Below are positions 1 through 12,411 of a stretch of DNA of 64,000 nucleotides, in pieces. Where the stretch lies: positions 496,001-560,000 of the forward strand of contig ML978122.1 of assembly GCA_010015805.1 (NCBI GenBank), given 5' to 3'. Origin of the DNA: Rhizodiscina lignyota. Its lineage: Eukaryota. Under the pieces are notes generated by a model. The model made no database searches and was not told the DNA's origin. It saw nothing but the letters and a program-made list of their open reading frames with translations. Both the position numbers and the translations under genes were made by a program. Positions within the stretch are counted from its first letter, which is position 1. Each line of letters begins with the position of its first letter.

Positions 1-348
1 TCGGACCAGATCGACACTGGGGCTTGTCGGAAGAGGCTGGTGAACTGTCAAAGTTCTTACAGTTGCTGTTAAGCTTTAGCCGCAAACAGCTCTTGCTGTA
101 TCGCGTAACTGGGTACTAAGATTACTGTACCCACCTACATCATTATCTTTAGGATGGCTTTTTTCGCTTCACAAAGTTCCTAATCGCCGTTAGAATCGTC
201 TTTGCCGAACCCTCCATTGATATCCCACTCCAAGAGCCTGGCAAATCCTGTCGCTTCAGCTGCAGCTGCGCCCCTGGACGATTTCTACATACCTATTTGT
301 GCCTAATGGGGGATTTTCCGCGAGATGGCGTAGATAAACCGAAAGTGC

Positions 349-622
349 CGGATGCGAAGTACGGAGTAATAATTCAAACTCACTCCTTCGTGGGCCTTCA
401 GATGTTCGTCCTTGACATGCGACAAAATAACGAAAGAGGCTGGCTTATAGCGAGCAACAGTAGTACGGCCATAGACAAATGTTCTAACATCCGGCTGCCC
501 TTCCTTAACTGGGAATTGTTAGTTGCTGGATAGCGAAGTGCTTCGTCCGAGCCTACACATCCGAAGCCTCACGCCCTACGCATCCGATGTCTTTAACATA
601 TCCGAGTCTACTTACACATCGG
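349..622. promoter_or_regulatory. Cluster of (C/T)ATCCG-type motifs upstream of the NmrA-like gene; candidate Zn2Cys6 half-sites
   Basis: CGGATG 349-354 (reverse copy), CATCCG 488-493, 558-563 and 581-586, TATCCG 599-604, CATCGG 617-622; several share a TAC(A/G)CATC core. Confidence 0.3.
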
Positions 623-1199
623 TATGCTCACCGTGTCGGGCACTTACCACCATAACCGAACCTCCAAATCATCTGACCCTGACTAATAACAAGATTTCGG
701 CTTAAGAGGAGGCCGAGGAAAACGCGGCCCTCACCAGTTACAGCCTCGCATGTTGTGCCAGTGAGGGATAATGAACAACCATATTATTCACCACTTCATG
801 CTAACCAAGCACACCGCAGTCGGTGTTTGACTGTCATTGTTCAACTGTCGGCTCCCGGGACAGGAAATACTCGAATTCCGTCCCGTGGCGGGATAAAAAA
901 CTGCCCGAAAGAATCGCAGCCCTTTGGTTGGCTGTCGGAGATAGAGCTAATGGCCGATGCACTTATACGTAGTACGAAAGGCAGTTAGTCTAACATGCAG
1001 CGTCAAACGTCAACACTCTGTGCCTTGGGGCACCCAGTCCATTGACATGAGAAAGCTCATTGAGGCTTGTTTGAGATGGGTATAAAATGGACCGGCGCTT
1101 CTCGATTGAACCCTCTTCTTGCCATTCAACCTCGTAAGCTTTTTTTCTGGGCCCCTTCCTCTTTGACAATCAAGCCCGCGCTACCAGAAATCATTCAAT

Positions 1200-2228
1200 A
1201 TGGCCTCTCAGTACGCCAAAGACCAGCCGCAAGGCTACAACAACTACCTCAAGAACATCGCCATCATCGGCGGCACTGGACAGTCTGGAAAGTGGATGGT
1301 TGAGGCTCTCCTGAAGAATGGAAAGCACAACATCACCGCAGTTATCCGCGAAGGAAGCAGCACCGACGTACCCGCTGGCGTTACCGTGAAGACCGTTGAC
1401 TACGCCAAGCCCGACAGCATTGTCTCCGCCCTCCAAGGCCAAGACTGTCTCATCATCACCCTCGGAGTCTTCGCACCTCCTGACACACATTCCAAGCTCG
1501 TGAAGGCGGCTGCAGACGCCAAAGTTCCCTGGATTCTGCCGAACGACTGGGGCTATGCTTTGTCAGAGGACGTTGGAAAGGAGATCATGAATGGTCCTGT
1601 CAAAGTAAAGGAGCATAAGTATATCGAGGAGGTGGGCGCCAGCTGGCTCTCACTGGGCTGCGGATTTTGGTTCGAATTCAGTCTTGGGGGTGGCACTGAC
1701 CGATATGGTTTCGACATTCCGAAGCGCCAGGTGCTTTGGTTTGACGACGGCGAGCAGAGGATCAACTCGACTACGTTCCCACAGATCGGTCGAGCTGTTG
1801 CAAGTCTCCTGTCGTTGAAGATTCTGCCGGACAACGAGAACGACCAGAGTCCATCTCTGGACCAGTACCGCAACAACTACTTTAGGGTCTCAAGCTTCAC
1901 TGTCAACCAGAAGGAGATGTTTGAGGCTCTGAAGCGCGCCACGGGTACGAAAGACAGTGATTGGACGTTCAGCAGCAAGCCTGCAAAAGAAATCTATGCC
2001 GAGGGGTTGAAGAGGGTGCAAAGCGGCGACCGTGCCGGCTTTGGCCAACTTCTATACTCGAGGATGTTTTTCCCTGACCATCCGGGCTTGATGGAGGCGT
2101 CGTATAAATTAGACAATGATGTTCTCGGCTTACCGAAGGAAGATCTCGATGAGTTTGGAAAGAAGGCGGTCGAAATCGCTACGGGCGATTATTTCGAGAA
2201 GCAGTACGGACAGTTTATGAAGAAATAA
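1200..2228 (+). CDS. NmrA/isoflavone reductase-like NAD(P)-binding oxidoreductase (CipA-like)
   Basis: Intronless 342-aa ORF; Rossmann motif IAIIGGTGQSG; 'AAADAKVPWILPNDWG' and 'CGFWFEFSL' segments typical of fungal NmrA-like proteins; TATAAA at 1081. Confidence 0.9.
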   Translation: MASQYAKDQPQGYNNYLKNIAIIGGTGQSGKWMVEALLKNGKHNITAVIREGSSTDVPAGVTVKTVDYAKPDSIVSALQGQDCLIITLGVFAPPDTHSKLVKAAADAKVPWILPNDWGYALSEDVGKEIMNGPVKVKEHKYIEEVGASWLSLGCGFWFEFSLGGGTDRYGFDIPKRQVLWFDDGEQRINSTTFPQIGRAVASLLSLKILPDNENDQSPSLDQYRNNYFRVSSFTVNQKEMFEALKRATGTKDSDWTFSSKPAKEIYAEGLKRVQSGDRAGFGQLLYSRMFFPDHPGLMEASYKLDNDVLGLPKEDLDEFGKKAVEIATGDYFEKQYGQFMKK

Positions 2229-2970
2229 GCTTACGAGGAAGCGTCAGATGCTCAACAGTTCTATGATCTGATGAAAGCCTTGCCTGTATACTAACTAGTC
2301 ATTGAGTCAGATAGAGCTTAATTATTGTTCGCTGTTTCCAGCAATCGTGTCGCGCTACGTCCGTAATGTGACGGAAAGGGGCTGCGACGGGAGAATCCAC
2401 GCCGCCGATTTCGTAATTCGCACAATATCTGTAAACGGAACAATATTAAAATAAAATTTAGGGGGCGAGTTCCCTACATTGCAATTATGAGAGCAATATT
2501 TCCAGGTTTTGAAATCGAACTTAACCTCGCGATGCGCGCGATCGACCAATTTGATGGTCCCAGGAGCCTTGAAACTGCGTTTGCGACTTGCGCCACATTG
2601 TCGATTCAGCGTCACTAGGAGTGAGTAAACGACTCTCGCTCTGTTTACAAATTACTTACTGTCATAGGGCATAGAGCGTCTTGAAATGATCATCCACATT
2701 CAACTAACATACACCTCTCCGGCAAAAGAAACTTCTGCGGTAGCTTCAGCAAGTTCGAGCAATTGCGAATTTCTCCAAGTCAAGCAACATCTATTATCGC
2801 TCGGGACCGTAAGCAATCATCAATGTCTCTGGCCAACAACGCTCTACAACGGTGTCTGTATTGTTAAACAATCGTTGACATCTCCGATATAAGGGGTCTC
2901 TGTGATACATCCGCACCGTTACACAGGAATTGGCCAGTACAACGCAAGAAGTACGTAAGATACATAATTC

Positions 2971-4809
2971 CTACTTCTCCCCTATCCGTAACCAGGTCCT
3001 GCATTTCCATCTGGCTCCATCATAACCTCCACTAGGCATCCGCTCTAGGTCGCTAGGAGGAAGAGCCTGATCCTCCATCTGCCGCAGGAACTGGAGAATC
3101 AAGGGTCCATATGGGCCGACCTTACTCGAATCAAGCATCATACTCCGTATGATTTTCCGCTCCTCCGGTTCCTCGCGACTGAAGGCCGCAAAGTATGCGA
3201 GGCAGACTCCGACTGGTAAAGCCACGTTCTGGAAGCCAATGAGGCCGGTGTCGGGCTGCAAAAAATAGGGAACGCACTCGATGATGCGCTGTGCATGATA
3301 ATACGGATCAAAAGCGTCGCCGGCGAAAGTATCGACTCGGAACTCTGCTGGTACGCGACCGGAAAGAGCCCTCATGCTCAAACCCATGGCTATGCCACAT
3401 GTCCAGTACAGCATGACCCAGCTGGCAATATCTACACCGTGTCTCATGTAAAACTCAGGATGTATTTCGGCCCAGTCCATCGCATTCGCCGCGTCGTCCT
3501 CAGCCCCGCTCCCCGCTTCTTCATTCCACAGCATTGTGGTGAAACTACTCTTCCAAGTCTCAAAAATACGGCGAATTCGAATCAATTTTGCCAAGGCATC
3601 GACACACATTCCGTCTGAGCCACCTGCCAGGGCAGTATCGCATACCTCAAGAGCGCCTGGGACAAGAATCAGAATATCGAATATTTGGTCTCTTCTTGAC
3701 TTCGGTCTCTCCATCCATGGAATAGAACGCCATTCGTCGCTTTGAAAGACGGTGCCTTTGCGTTTAGAGAAGCACGAGCAGAAAATCGAGACCCGGCACT
3801 GAGTAAATAATGCATGCGCATGGCCTGTTGTATGCCTTTTCGGTCCGCGAAGTTCAATAAGTCTAGCAAAGCCGGCGACGTGAGCTAGCCAGTTCCGACC
3901 AGGTTTAGACTCCAATGTGAGGTCAAATCCGTTGAATTGCTACATTGCAAAGTCAGCAAGAACTTAATTACAGACTCCGAAGCGGTGAGTGTTACCTCAT
4001 ATACTGCTAGAAGCATAGAAGTTGGGAGCACAGACTCGTCATTTGCCGCAGCCTGCGGATTCTGGAGAGTATAATTCAGTCGGGCGAGAGCAGCACCATA
4101 GTATTCAGCCCCTTGCCTGATCAATTTCTTATCTCCAGTCTGACTCGCGGTACTGGCCAGGCCCAGTGCACAAAGCGCCTGTCGTAGCGCAAGACTGTTG
4201 GGACTCAAGTTCAGGCTCGCATTCATCCAAGAATACGAGCCTAGGTTTGACACCCCAGCGCGAGGCAGGAAGTCGTCTCTCGGGAAGAAATAGTTGAAGA
4301 ACTCGCTGATCGCTGCTTCCTGGAGCGCTCCCCTAGCGAGGCCTTGCTGCTTTGCAGGAGAGGGGGTGCGAGTGTCTTGTGGTGCAAGTCTCCACTCTCC
4401 GGCTCTTGGCCGAACCGTGACGAGACGTGTCGAATTTGTGTCTGGTTGGTGACTAACGAAGATTGTAGGTCTGTCATATCCTTCACATTGGAAGCCGTCG
4501 CGAACGCATCTGGCACATGATGGCCTGCGGAGGTCACACTACAGTATCCATCGTTAGCATATGAGGCTTAGAAGCTCCAACGTCACCCAATAGTGGAGTA
4601 CGGCCGCAACAGAGATAAGACGTTTGATCGCAGCCCGTTCAACATCGAATGGAATCTCCACGACCCAGCCACCCAGATAAGTAAGCACAACAAGCTCTGC
4701 AGCTAAGCTTTCTTATATGGAGGTAGTTACGAGAATGGTAATCACGTACTCCTTTCTTCCGCCTCCGGCACGTATTGCAGCCCTTCGAGCGTCCAGGGAC
4801 GTTCACCAT
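2971..4809 (-). CDS. Zn(II)2Cys6 transcription factor with fungal-specific C-terminal regulatory domain
   Basis: ATG 4809, MVNVPGRSKGCNTCRRRKKG; intron 4749-4539 (GTACGT...GCTAAC...TAG); then CDLRRPSCARCVRDGFQCEGY completes the six-Cys cluster; frame is open into ORF 3885-4253; second intron about 3995-3940 joins ORF 2971-3915. Confidence 0.88.
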
Positions 4810-5920
4810 CCTGTTTATACGATGCCCTAGACGCCTCCAATCAACGTGAACGAGGAACACCGGGATCCTCGAGAGTGCATCAAAGAAAAATGGTTCCTTT
4901 AGCGCGGTATGTTCCCTTTTTATGTATTTCACTCAACCCCTTATACAGATGCACCTCGGGCCAGAGACAAAACCGAAGGTCCAAATATGAATTGCAGTTG
5001 ACGACCGTCCGGCGCACACTTTGCCCTTTTGCCCAAGTCGTCCGCTCATTCTTGAAGCTCAGATGAGGTGATCCTCTACAAGCGAGAGAAAATCTACATT
5101 TCGTGTGTGCAGAAATGGGGCTGCATGGCTAGCCCAGCGGCCGCTTGGAGTGACAATTGGTGACGACGCTGCGAAAGGGGAACTTGAGGTCGTTCAGCTC
5201 TGTTAAAAACGGCGACTACGCTAAACGCAAAACGTTGGCATTGAGCGCCGCCAATCAAAACCCCTGATTTTGTGGCCGGAGTTTCGGGCTTTGTCAGCAG
5301 TCCAACTTGGCCAAAAACACGAGACCTCGAAACGCACACGAATCCGTCGTCGTGTGATATCCAGGATGCTCTCATTATTGCTAATTGGAGCTGGGAGACG
5401 ATGAATACTCAATCGTCTCTGATCCTCATTACAACAGCCGTTTTATCCTCAGGATTGCATCTTCGATACGGACGAAATTGCGTGTGCAATCGAGCGCGAC
5501 TGGAAAGCTACACGATGCAATTGCATAGCAGGATTTCGCCAAGACGTGCACCATTGCACCACTTGTTAGTCTTCGCCTGCGCTATACGTGCTACACGAAG
5601 CGATCTAGCCTAAAGATCAAGCCTTTATTGTGCATCTGAGCCACGCCTGGGACAGCAGTGCGAGTGGCGGACCTCCACACGTTGTTCTGGGCAAGCACAT
5701 CGCCTCTATGCTGGCGGGATCTAGGAACCGTCCAGGGGCTGTTGCTGTATAAATCATATGTTAATCATGCACGGAGTCCACAATCAATTGCATGGTGATG
5801 GGTTCATAAGGGCATTCAAAGGACTCCCGGGAAGCACAAAGTTTAAGTCACTAATATATATTTTTTCTGTGAATTTCCAATTCGTCTGAACTGTATCCAT
5901 TCTCACTTCGGCATTTCGAT

Positions 5921-7162
5921 ATGGTAACCTCTGGCCATCCGCCGGCAAACGGCTTCGTCGCTGCAGCCCGCAGGGTCTACAACCCTTTGGGATTTGCTAA
6001 AGGCTATAATTTTATTCTGTGTGAGTCAGACAGCGACTAGAATTATCGTCTATCAGCTAATGACATATCGCAGGGTTCATTTTTGACCTTGCTTTCGTGG
6101 GCTTTGTCCTCGCTCGTCTCATGTACTATAGTACAACAACATCTTCTGCAAAGAGAGCAATGGTGGAAATTCTGCAGCCCCAGGAGAGTGCTATTATTAC
6201 GAGGAGGGCCACTACAAGATTGGCATGATGCTCCACCTTTCACAATACTTCCCGCAGGCTTTCTTGCCTTCTTTCAGTTCGTGCCCCGCCATCCGGCATA
6301 ACTGCATCTTGGTCCATCGCATCTGCGGTTATTTGGCGATCATCCTCGTACTCATTGGAATTGCCGGTGCGTTCGGATACGCTTATTGACGATCTAGCGA
6401 AATGTTGACAGTCGAATAGGAGCTTTGATGGTTGCGCGCATAGCGTTCGGTGGCGGCCTCGCTATCCAAACATTTGTTGGCTTCCTCGTGATTGTGGCCA
6501 TCTTGTCACTTGCTATAGCTAACTACAACATCAAATGCCTTCAAATCGATCAGCACCGGGCTTGAATGCTAAGGGCCTGGTTCTACGTACGCCCTACTTC
6601 AGTCATTCTTTGTCGCGGTAGAGATACTAATGATCATCAGATGGCATCAATCATTACTACTCGAATCATCATGATCATTGCTGCGTTGGTCATCAGCTCG
6701 GTCGGCGACTACTACACTGCGCGTGCATGCGCACAAATAACATACATTTACCATGGCAACCAAGAGAAGGTCACCCGACTATATCCAGATTGCGCCGCAT
6801 TCTTCAACGGATCAAGCCTGAGCCAGAACGTAGTAGTCAACGAAAACATGAACTGCCAAAGGGAGCAGGTCGGTGCGGCTCTAGGAGAGGGATTTGGTGC
6901 GGCAGTCTGGCTTGCATTTGCACTACACGCGATCGGTGTAGAGATCTACGTATGTCAGTCAATGAATTTCAAAACCAAGGCACAGCTGACGTCCAAGTAG
7001 TTGCAAATGACGCCGGCTGAGTCCCAGCGCTTACGGAAAGTCTCCTACCAGCGACAACTCGAAGCAGGTTTCCTTCACCCAGGCAGTGCTGGTTTAACGT
7101 CTGACCGCTGGGGCGATGCTCCGCCGTACGAACCCGATGCTACCGATCGTGAGGCGCCGTGA
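5921..7162 (+). pseudogene. DUF2306-family membrane protein, disrupted
   Basis: MVTSGHPPANGFVAAARRVYNPLGFAKGYNFIL, four canonical introns, and conserved blocks (AAPGECYYY, ILPAGFLAFFQFVP, HRICGY, IDQHRAxMLRAWFY, GLTSDRWGDA); apparent single-base frameshifts near 6130, 6239 and 6285 and an in-frame TGA at 6563-6565. Confidence 0.78.
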
Positions 7163-8012
7163 ACATACTACAGTGGCGGCAGATAATGTTAAAAGCGATA
7201 ATCCGAGAACTACGGAAAGCGATTAAAGCCATCTTGAGATGTCGTATGGACAGAACAAACGCCAGCGAAGATGTCATAGCGATGGGCGCGATACGAAAGT
7301 TTCAGTCGTTAATGTTGAGGTATTAAGCATACCTCGGGGTCGAGTTGTATTGAGCCGGATGCGGCTTGAGGGGTATCGGTCAAGACAGAATGGGCAATTT
7401 CCTCCAGTGGCCAATCCCATTCTCCTTTGCAAGATACCATATCAATAAACATTAATGTTAACCTGTGTCGCGGCATTAGCGTTCGTCGCCTGTACCTGCC
7501 TGATCCAGTCCTGTCTCTCCTCTCGGGTAGAAACTGTGCGGCATCTTGCTTCCGGAACAGCATGCATCCTCACATACACTCCGCAGGCGCTATTATATAG
7601 AACCGTCCTTATTTTACCATACTGGAAAATGGCGTGGTTGCTAGCAGCCCTAGCCAGGGAGGTTTCGCAAATACCACGCTTTGTAGACGTCCTGTGGATA
7701 GTTAGGTCTCCGTACCGGAGCTGTTTAACATCCAAATTGGTTCACAAAAATTGAAAATATAAAGGAAAGCCGAAGCTTCACTTGGTCAAAGGTCGAATAT
7801 CAGAGCGCATAAAACAGATGAGCACCCGCATACGTTGACACATTTCTTCACATGTCAGTGTGGAGATTGCAGCAGAAAAGCTATCCGCGTTGAAAATACA
7901 TATAGGAGGATAGTCGGTGTCAGATTATAATAGCAGATAGGTTTTGGCGACGGTTACGATACAGACATTCAACCGACTCCGAGGCGCCTCAGATATCTCT
8001 ATATCTTGCACG

Positions 8013-9648
8013 ATGACCATTAACAGTCCGGAAGGCAATCAAGCCCTTCAAGCAATTCTGGCGGATCCCGGACTTCCCTGCTCATCGCCAACGAAGGCAT
8101 TCTGGCAAGAGCCACCATTTCCATTTCCGGAGCCCAACGAATCGACACAGCTCCCGCAGCAGTGTGATGTCGTGATCATCGGGTCTGGCATCGCGGGAGC
8201 GAGTGTAGCATATCATCTCCTGCAGTTGAACCCTGGCCTTTCCATCACCATCTTGGAGGCACGAACGGCAACATCAGGAGCGACTGGTAGAAATGGAGGT
8301 CACATAAAGGACGTACCGTGGAACGACTACGATGAGTTTGTGGAGGCGTACGGTAGGGAAGCTGCGAAGAGATTCGTCAGGTTCAAGCTCGCGCATTTGG
8401 ACGCAGTCACGGAGGCAGCGAAGAGCATGGGAATTGCAGAGCAGTGTCTAGTCCGTCGAGTGGATTCTGCTACGGTCAATTTCAGCGCTGAGAGATGGCC
8501 GAAAGTCAAGGAGGCCAGAGAGCGATGGCTGGCGGACTTCCCGGAGCTACGAAGTACGTGGACCATGTACGAAGGCGAAGAGGAGATCCTGCGACGGTTT
8601 GGCATTCGAGGTGCCGTAGGCTGCTCAATTGTACCCGCTGGCGCGATATGGCCATATCGTTTCGTGACAGGAACGATGAATGTGCTGAGCAAGAAGCATC
8701 CAGATTTCAAGCTTTTCACTCTCACTCCCGTCACGTCCATTGCGTCCTCGGGCAATTCGGAACAGCCTTACATAGTGAAAACTGCCCGTGGGTCTATTAG
8801 CGCTTCTCATGTTGTGCATTGCACGAACGGTCATGCAGCGCATCTCTTGCCGATTCTTCGAGGCAAGCTCTTCCCATTTCGCGGACAGATGACGGCACAA
8901 GCGCCTCCGCCTACCTTCCCGAGAGTCGGTCATGAGCGATCATGGTCACTCAGAGATAAGAAAAGGTTCGACTATATGACTCAATCGCCTTTGAGTTCTG
9001 GTGAGATCTTCATCGGAGGAGCAGAAGACGGTAAGTTACCCTACTATTAAAGCGTTTGTCGATATATGGACCTTGAAGACATGGCTTTGTTGTGCAGCAG
9101 CTGTATTTCTAGACAGTTGTCTCATTAGTCTCGCTCAGTCCAACGAGTGGCGATGTTTATTCGAATTGGCTTCGAAATATGCATTCACGAGGGCAAGGAG
9201 CTAGGTCAATGAGCCGCAGCTAATATCTACAACACCAGGTCGTCTGAAAGAGTTCGGCTGCACGCGCGACGACGAGCTGAACCCAATTGCGTTGGACCAT
9301 CTCAGCAAAGTCATTGCGAAAGACTTCGAAGGCGGCGAAGGCACTCGTGTCGTTGAAAAATGGACAGGTATTATGGGTATGAGTCTCGATGACTTGCCGT
9401 GGGTTGGAAGGATTCCGGAGGAGGTGAGCGGGAGAAGACGCGAAGGAGAGGCTTCCGAGTGGATTGCAGCTGGGTTTTGCGGCAATGGAATGGTCTCTGC
9501 GTGGTTGTCTGGGAAGGCTATCGCGGAGATGATTGTGGGAGGTGAAGATGCTGTTGGCGAGTGGTTTCCGAAGCAGATGTTGGCGTGTACAATGGAGAGA
9601 TTGAACAAGATGGATCCTGAAGCATACACCAAGGCTAGGCTGATGTAG
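8013..9648 (+). CDS. FAD-dependent oxidoreductase, DAO/PuuB-like family
   Basis: DVVIIGSGIAG dinucleotide-binding motif, SGATGRNGGH, VVHCTNG; one 208-bp intron about 9031-9238; C-terminal WTGIMGMSLDDLPWVG and AGFCGNGM. Confidence 0.9.
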
Positions 9649-10390
9649 AGATTCGAATAAGACGATTTTGTTCGCAATTCAAAACCATAAAGGCTCCAAT
9701 TCTTGCATCTACAAAGCTAAGTTCAGGGACATTTGAAGTCTCAACATTGACCGTTGATATCGCACTAGTCTGAAACGGAAAAGCGCCGTTTTTCTCGGCC
9801 AATGGCGCTCCTTGCTTGCTCGTGCTTTCTTTGCACTGCAATTTTAGCACCGTCAAAGGCGTTCCTCGAACTCGAGACCTTGGTCAATATCTTCACAATT
9901 ATACCTCCATAGCCTTCCCCGAGACTTCAACTCTTCGGCGCCCTACAGCTGTACTGTAACCGAGAAGGATTGTCGGCATAAGGCGTCCTTGCTGTTTTCC
10001 CCGGCCTCGTTGTTCGGAACCCAGCAGCCGTCATCCAACCAGGCCAGACAAGCGACTTGATAATGCACCGCACATTTACCCGAGAGGTCTCCCCTTTATC
10101 ACCAATTGCTAAGAAGAATTCAAAGCACAAAGCTTGACAGTCTCACAATGCTTTACCCCAGTTCATGCAGCAATTTGATATCTGCCGTCGACTTTAATAG
10201 GAAAGTCCACACGGGTTATCTCGTGCGGAGATAGGCATGTCCTTTCCTATCGTGAAATGCAGATTCAATTCCAGATCCACTCGTCGTATATAGCGACGGT
10301 GGCTTGTATGCTTGTATCAGGATGTGCCTTTTCGTCTCTGATCGATTGGCGTCGTGCTTTCATTTCAAGTGATACCGCGTTTCGTTCAAC

Positions 10391-12411
10391 ATGGCGAAAA
10401 CTCAAGAAATCACCTCAATCCAACCGGTTGACACGATCGTACAAGAGAAGAACATCGCCTCGGGAGATGTTGACGAGGCGCTCAAGTTCCTGCGAGATGG
10501 CGGTATCTCGTCGAATGTGGAGATTAACGAGAAGGCGCTTCTCCGTAAAATTGACTGGATGATGATGCCGCTGATGTTCTCTGTTTATTTTCTGCAATAC
10601 ATGGACAAGACGCTGAGTAAGGGAGATTGTTTCTTGACTTTGAACGGAAGACGATAAACGCTAATACGGGATCTAGTCAGTTACGCCTCCATCATGGGCT
10701 TGATCGAGGACACCGGCATGGTGGGCAATGACTTCTCGTACCTGGCAACGGCTTTCTATGTCTCATTCTTCTTTTGCGAGCTTCCACACGCGTATATGAT
10801 CCAGAGGTTTCCAACAGCGAAATATTTGGGAATAATGGGTATGTATTTCGTGCATCTGAAGCAGAGTGCCGTGCTTACGGGTGAAAAGTGATTTGCTGGG
10901 GCATTTGTGTCACGATGAACAGTGTGTGCAAGAATTACGCTTCAGTCGTCGCGCTCAGAGTCCTGCTCGGCATCTTCGAATCCGCATCTGCACCAAGGTA
11001 TGGGATGAACTTCCCTGCACTCGGAGACGAAGCGTACACTCACATTCTTAAAGTTTGATTCTGCTCACTGGTATGTGGTACAAGCGCAGCGAGCAGCCTG
11101 GTCGGCTGGGTGTGTGGTACCAAGGCACGTCAATCGCGCCTGCTATTGCATCGCTTGTAGCATACGGTCTTTTGCACTACAACAATGACCGCAGCTTCAA
11201 GTCTTGGCAGGTCAGTATAGAGGCATATCCGAAGGAAATCTGCTTACCTTCTTTAGCTTCTTTTCCTCATCTTTGGCCTCATCACGATTGTCGCTGGTAT
11301 ACTTGTGTTCTTCTTCATTCCGGACACCCCGATGAAATCTCGCCTCACCCACGACGAAAAACTCTATGCCATTGAGCGAATTCGAGAGAACCAGACCGGT
11401 ATCGAGAACAAGCATCTGAAGCCGAAACAGGTCAGCTCCTAGCAGACAATCTCTACTTGCTTCTCATATTCGAACCCACTGCTGATAGAACCGAAACAGA
11501 TTTGGGAAATACTTTGTGACAGTCATACGTGGATGATCTCGCTGATCATTATCACCTCCAACATCCCAAATGGAGCTGTGAGCAGCTTCTCATCGATTAT
11601 CATTGAGAAGTAAGGGCCGCGCGCCAAGATGCAAATTGATTCAGAGGATTAACTGATTCCGCAGTTTCGGCTACACCAACGCGCAAACACTGCTGTTGAA
11701 CCTCCCAGGCTGTGCAATTGCATTTGTCTCTGTGTATTTCGGCTGCTGGTGGGGAGGTCGATATAACAGCCGTGGTCCTGCCATCATCGCTCTCGTTATT
11801 CCGACACTTCTAGGCGGCGCATTGATGGCGTGGCTTCCCGCAGGTGATAAGGCTGGACTGCTCGCTGGCAGCTTTCTCATCAATACCGTCGGCGCGAGCT
11901 TGCCCTTGCTGTATTCGTGGTCTTCCGGAAATTGTAACGACCTCTCCGAAACCTAAAATGGGCGGGACTAACAATTGTGGTAGACGCCGGTCATACTAAG
12001 AAAGTGACGATGAACGCGATCACGCTCATGTCTTTCTGCGTCGGCAACATCATTGGTAGGTTTTTGGCCTTGTTATTCGAGCCTAATATGCGGCCGGCCG
12101 AAAGCTGACTCTTCCAGGCCCCTTGACATTCCGCGACAGTGATGCACCTCAGTATATTCCCGCTAAAATCACGATTGTCGCGATTCTTGCGGTCTGTATG
12201 GTTGCAACGGGCCTGCTGGACCTCATGTACATGTTGGAGAATAAGCGCAGAGACCAGCGCGCACAGAATTTGAGGCCGGAGGACGAGATCAGGGATATCG
12301 AGTTCATGGACTTGACAGACAAGGAGAATCCACATTTCAGGGTAAGCTCAACACTGCAATCCCCAAGCGCGATATCGATTGATGCTGATCACTGGATAGT
12401 ACTGTCTGTAG
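10391..12411 (+). CDS. MFS transporter, allantoate permease (Dal5/ACS) family
   Basis: LLRKIDWMMMPLM...LQYMDK, WYKRSEQPGRLGVWY, AGHTKK, IGPLTFRDSDAPQY, DLTDKENPHFRY; multi-intron; last micro-exon TACTGTCTGTAG 12400-12411. Confidence 0.9.

Noticed and set aside
4602..4696. Possible cassette exon inside the 211-nt first intron of the Zn2Cys6 gene
   Set aside because: The branch site and donor are weak, and inclusion would break the zinc cluster; no supporting evidence
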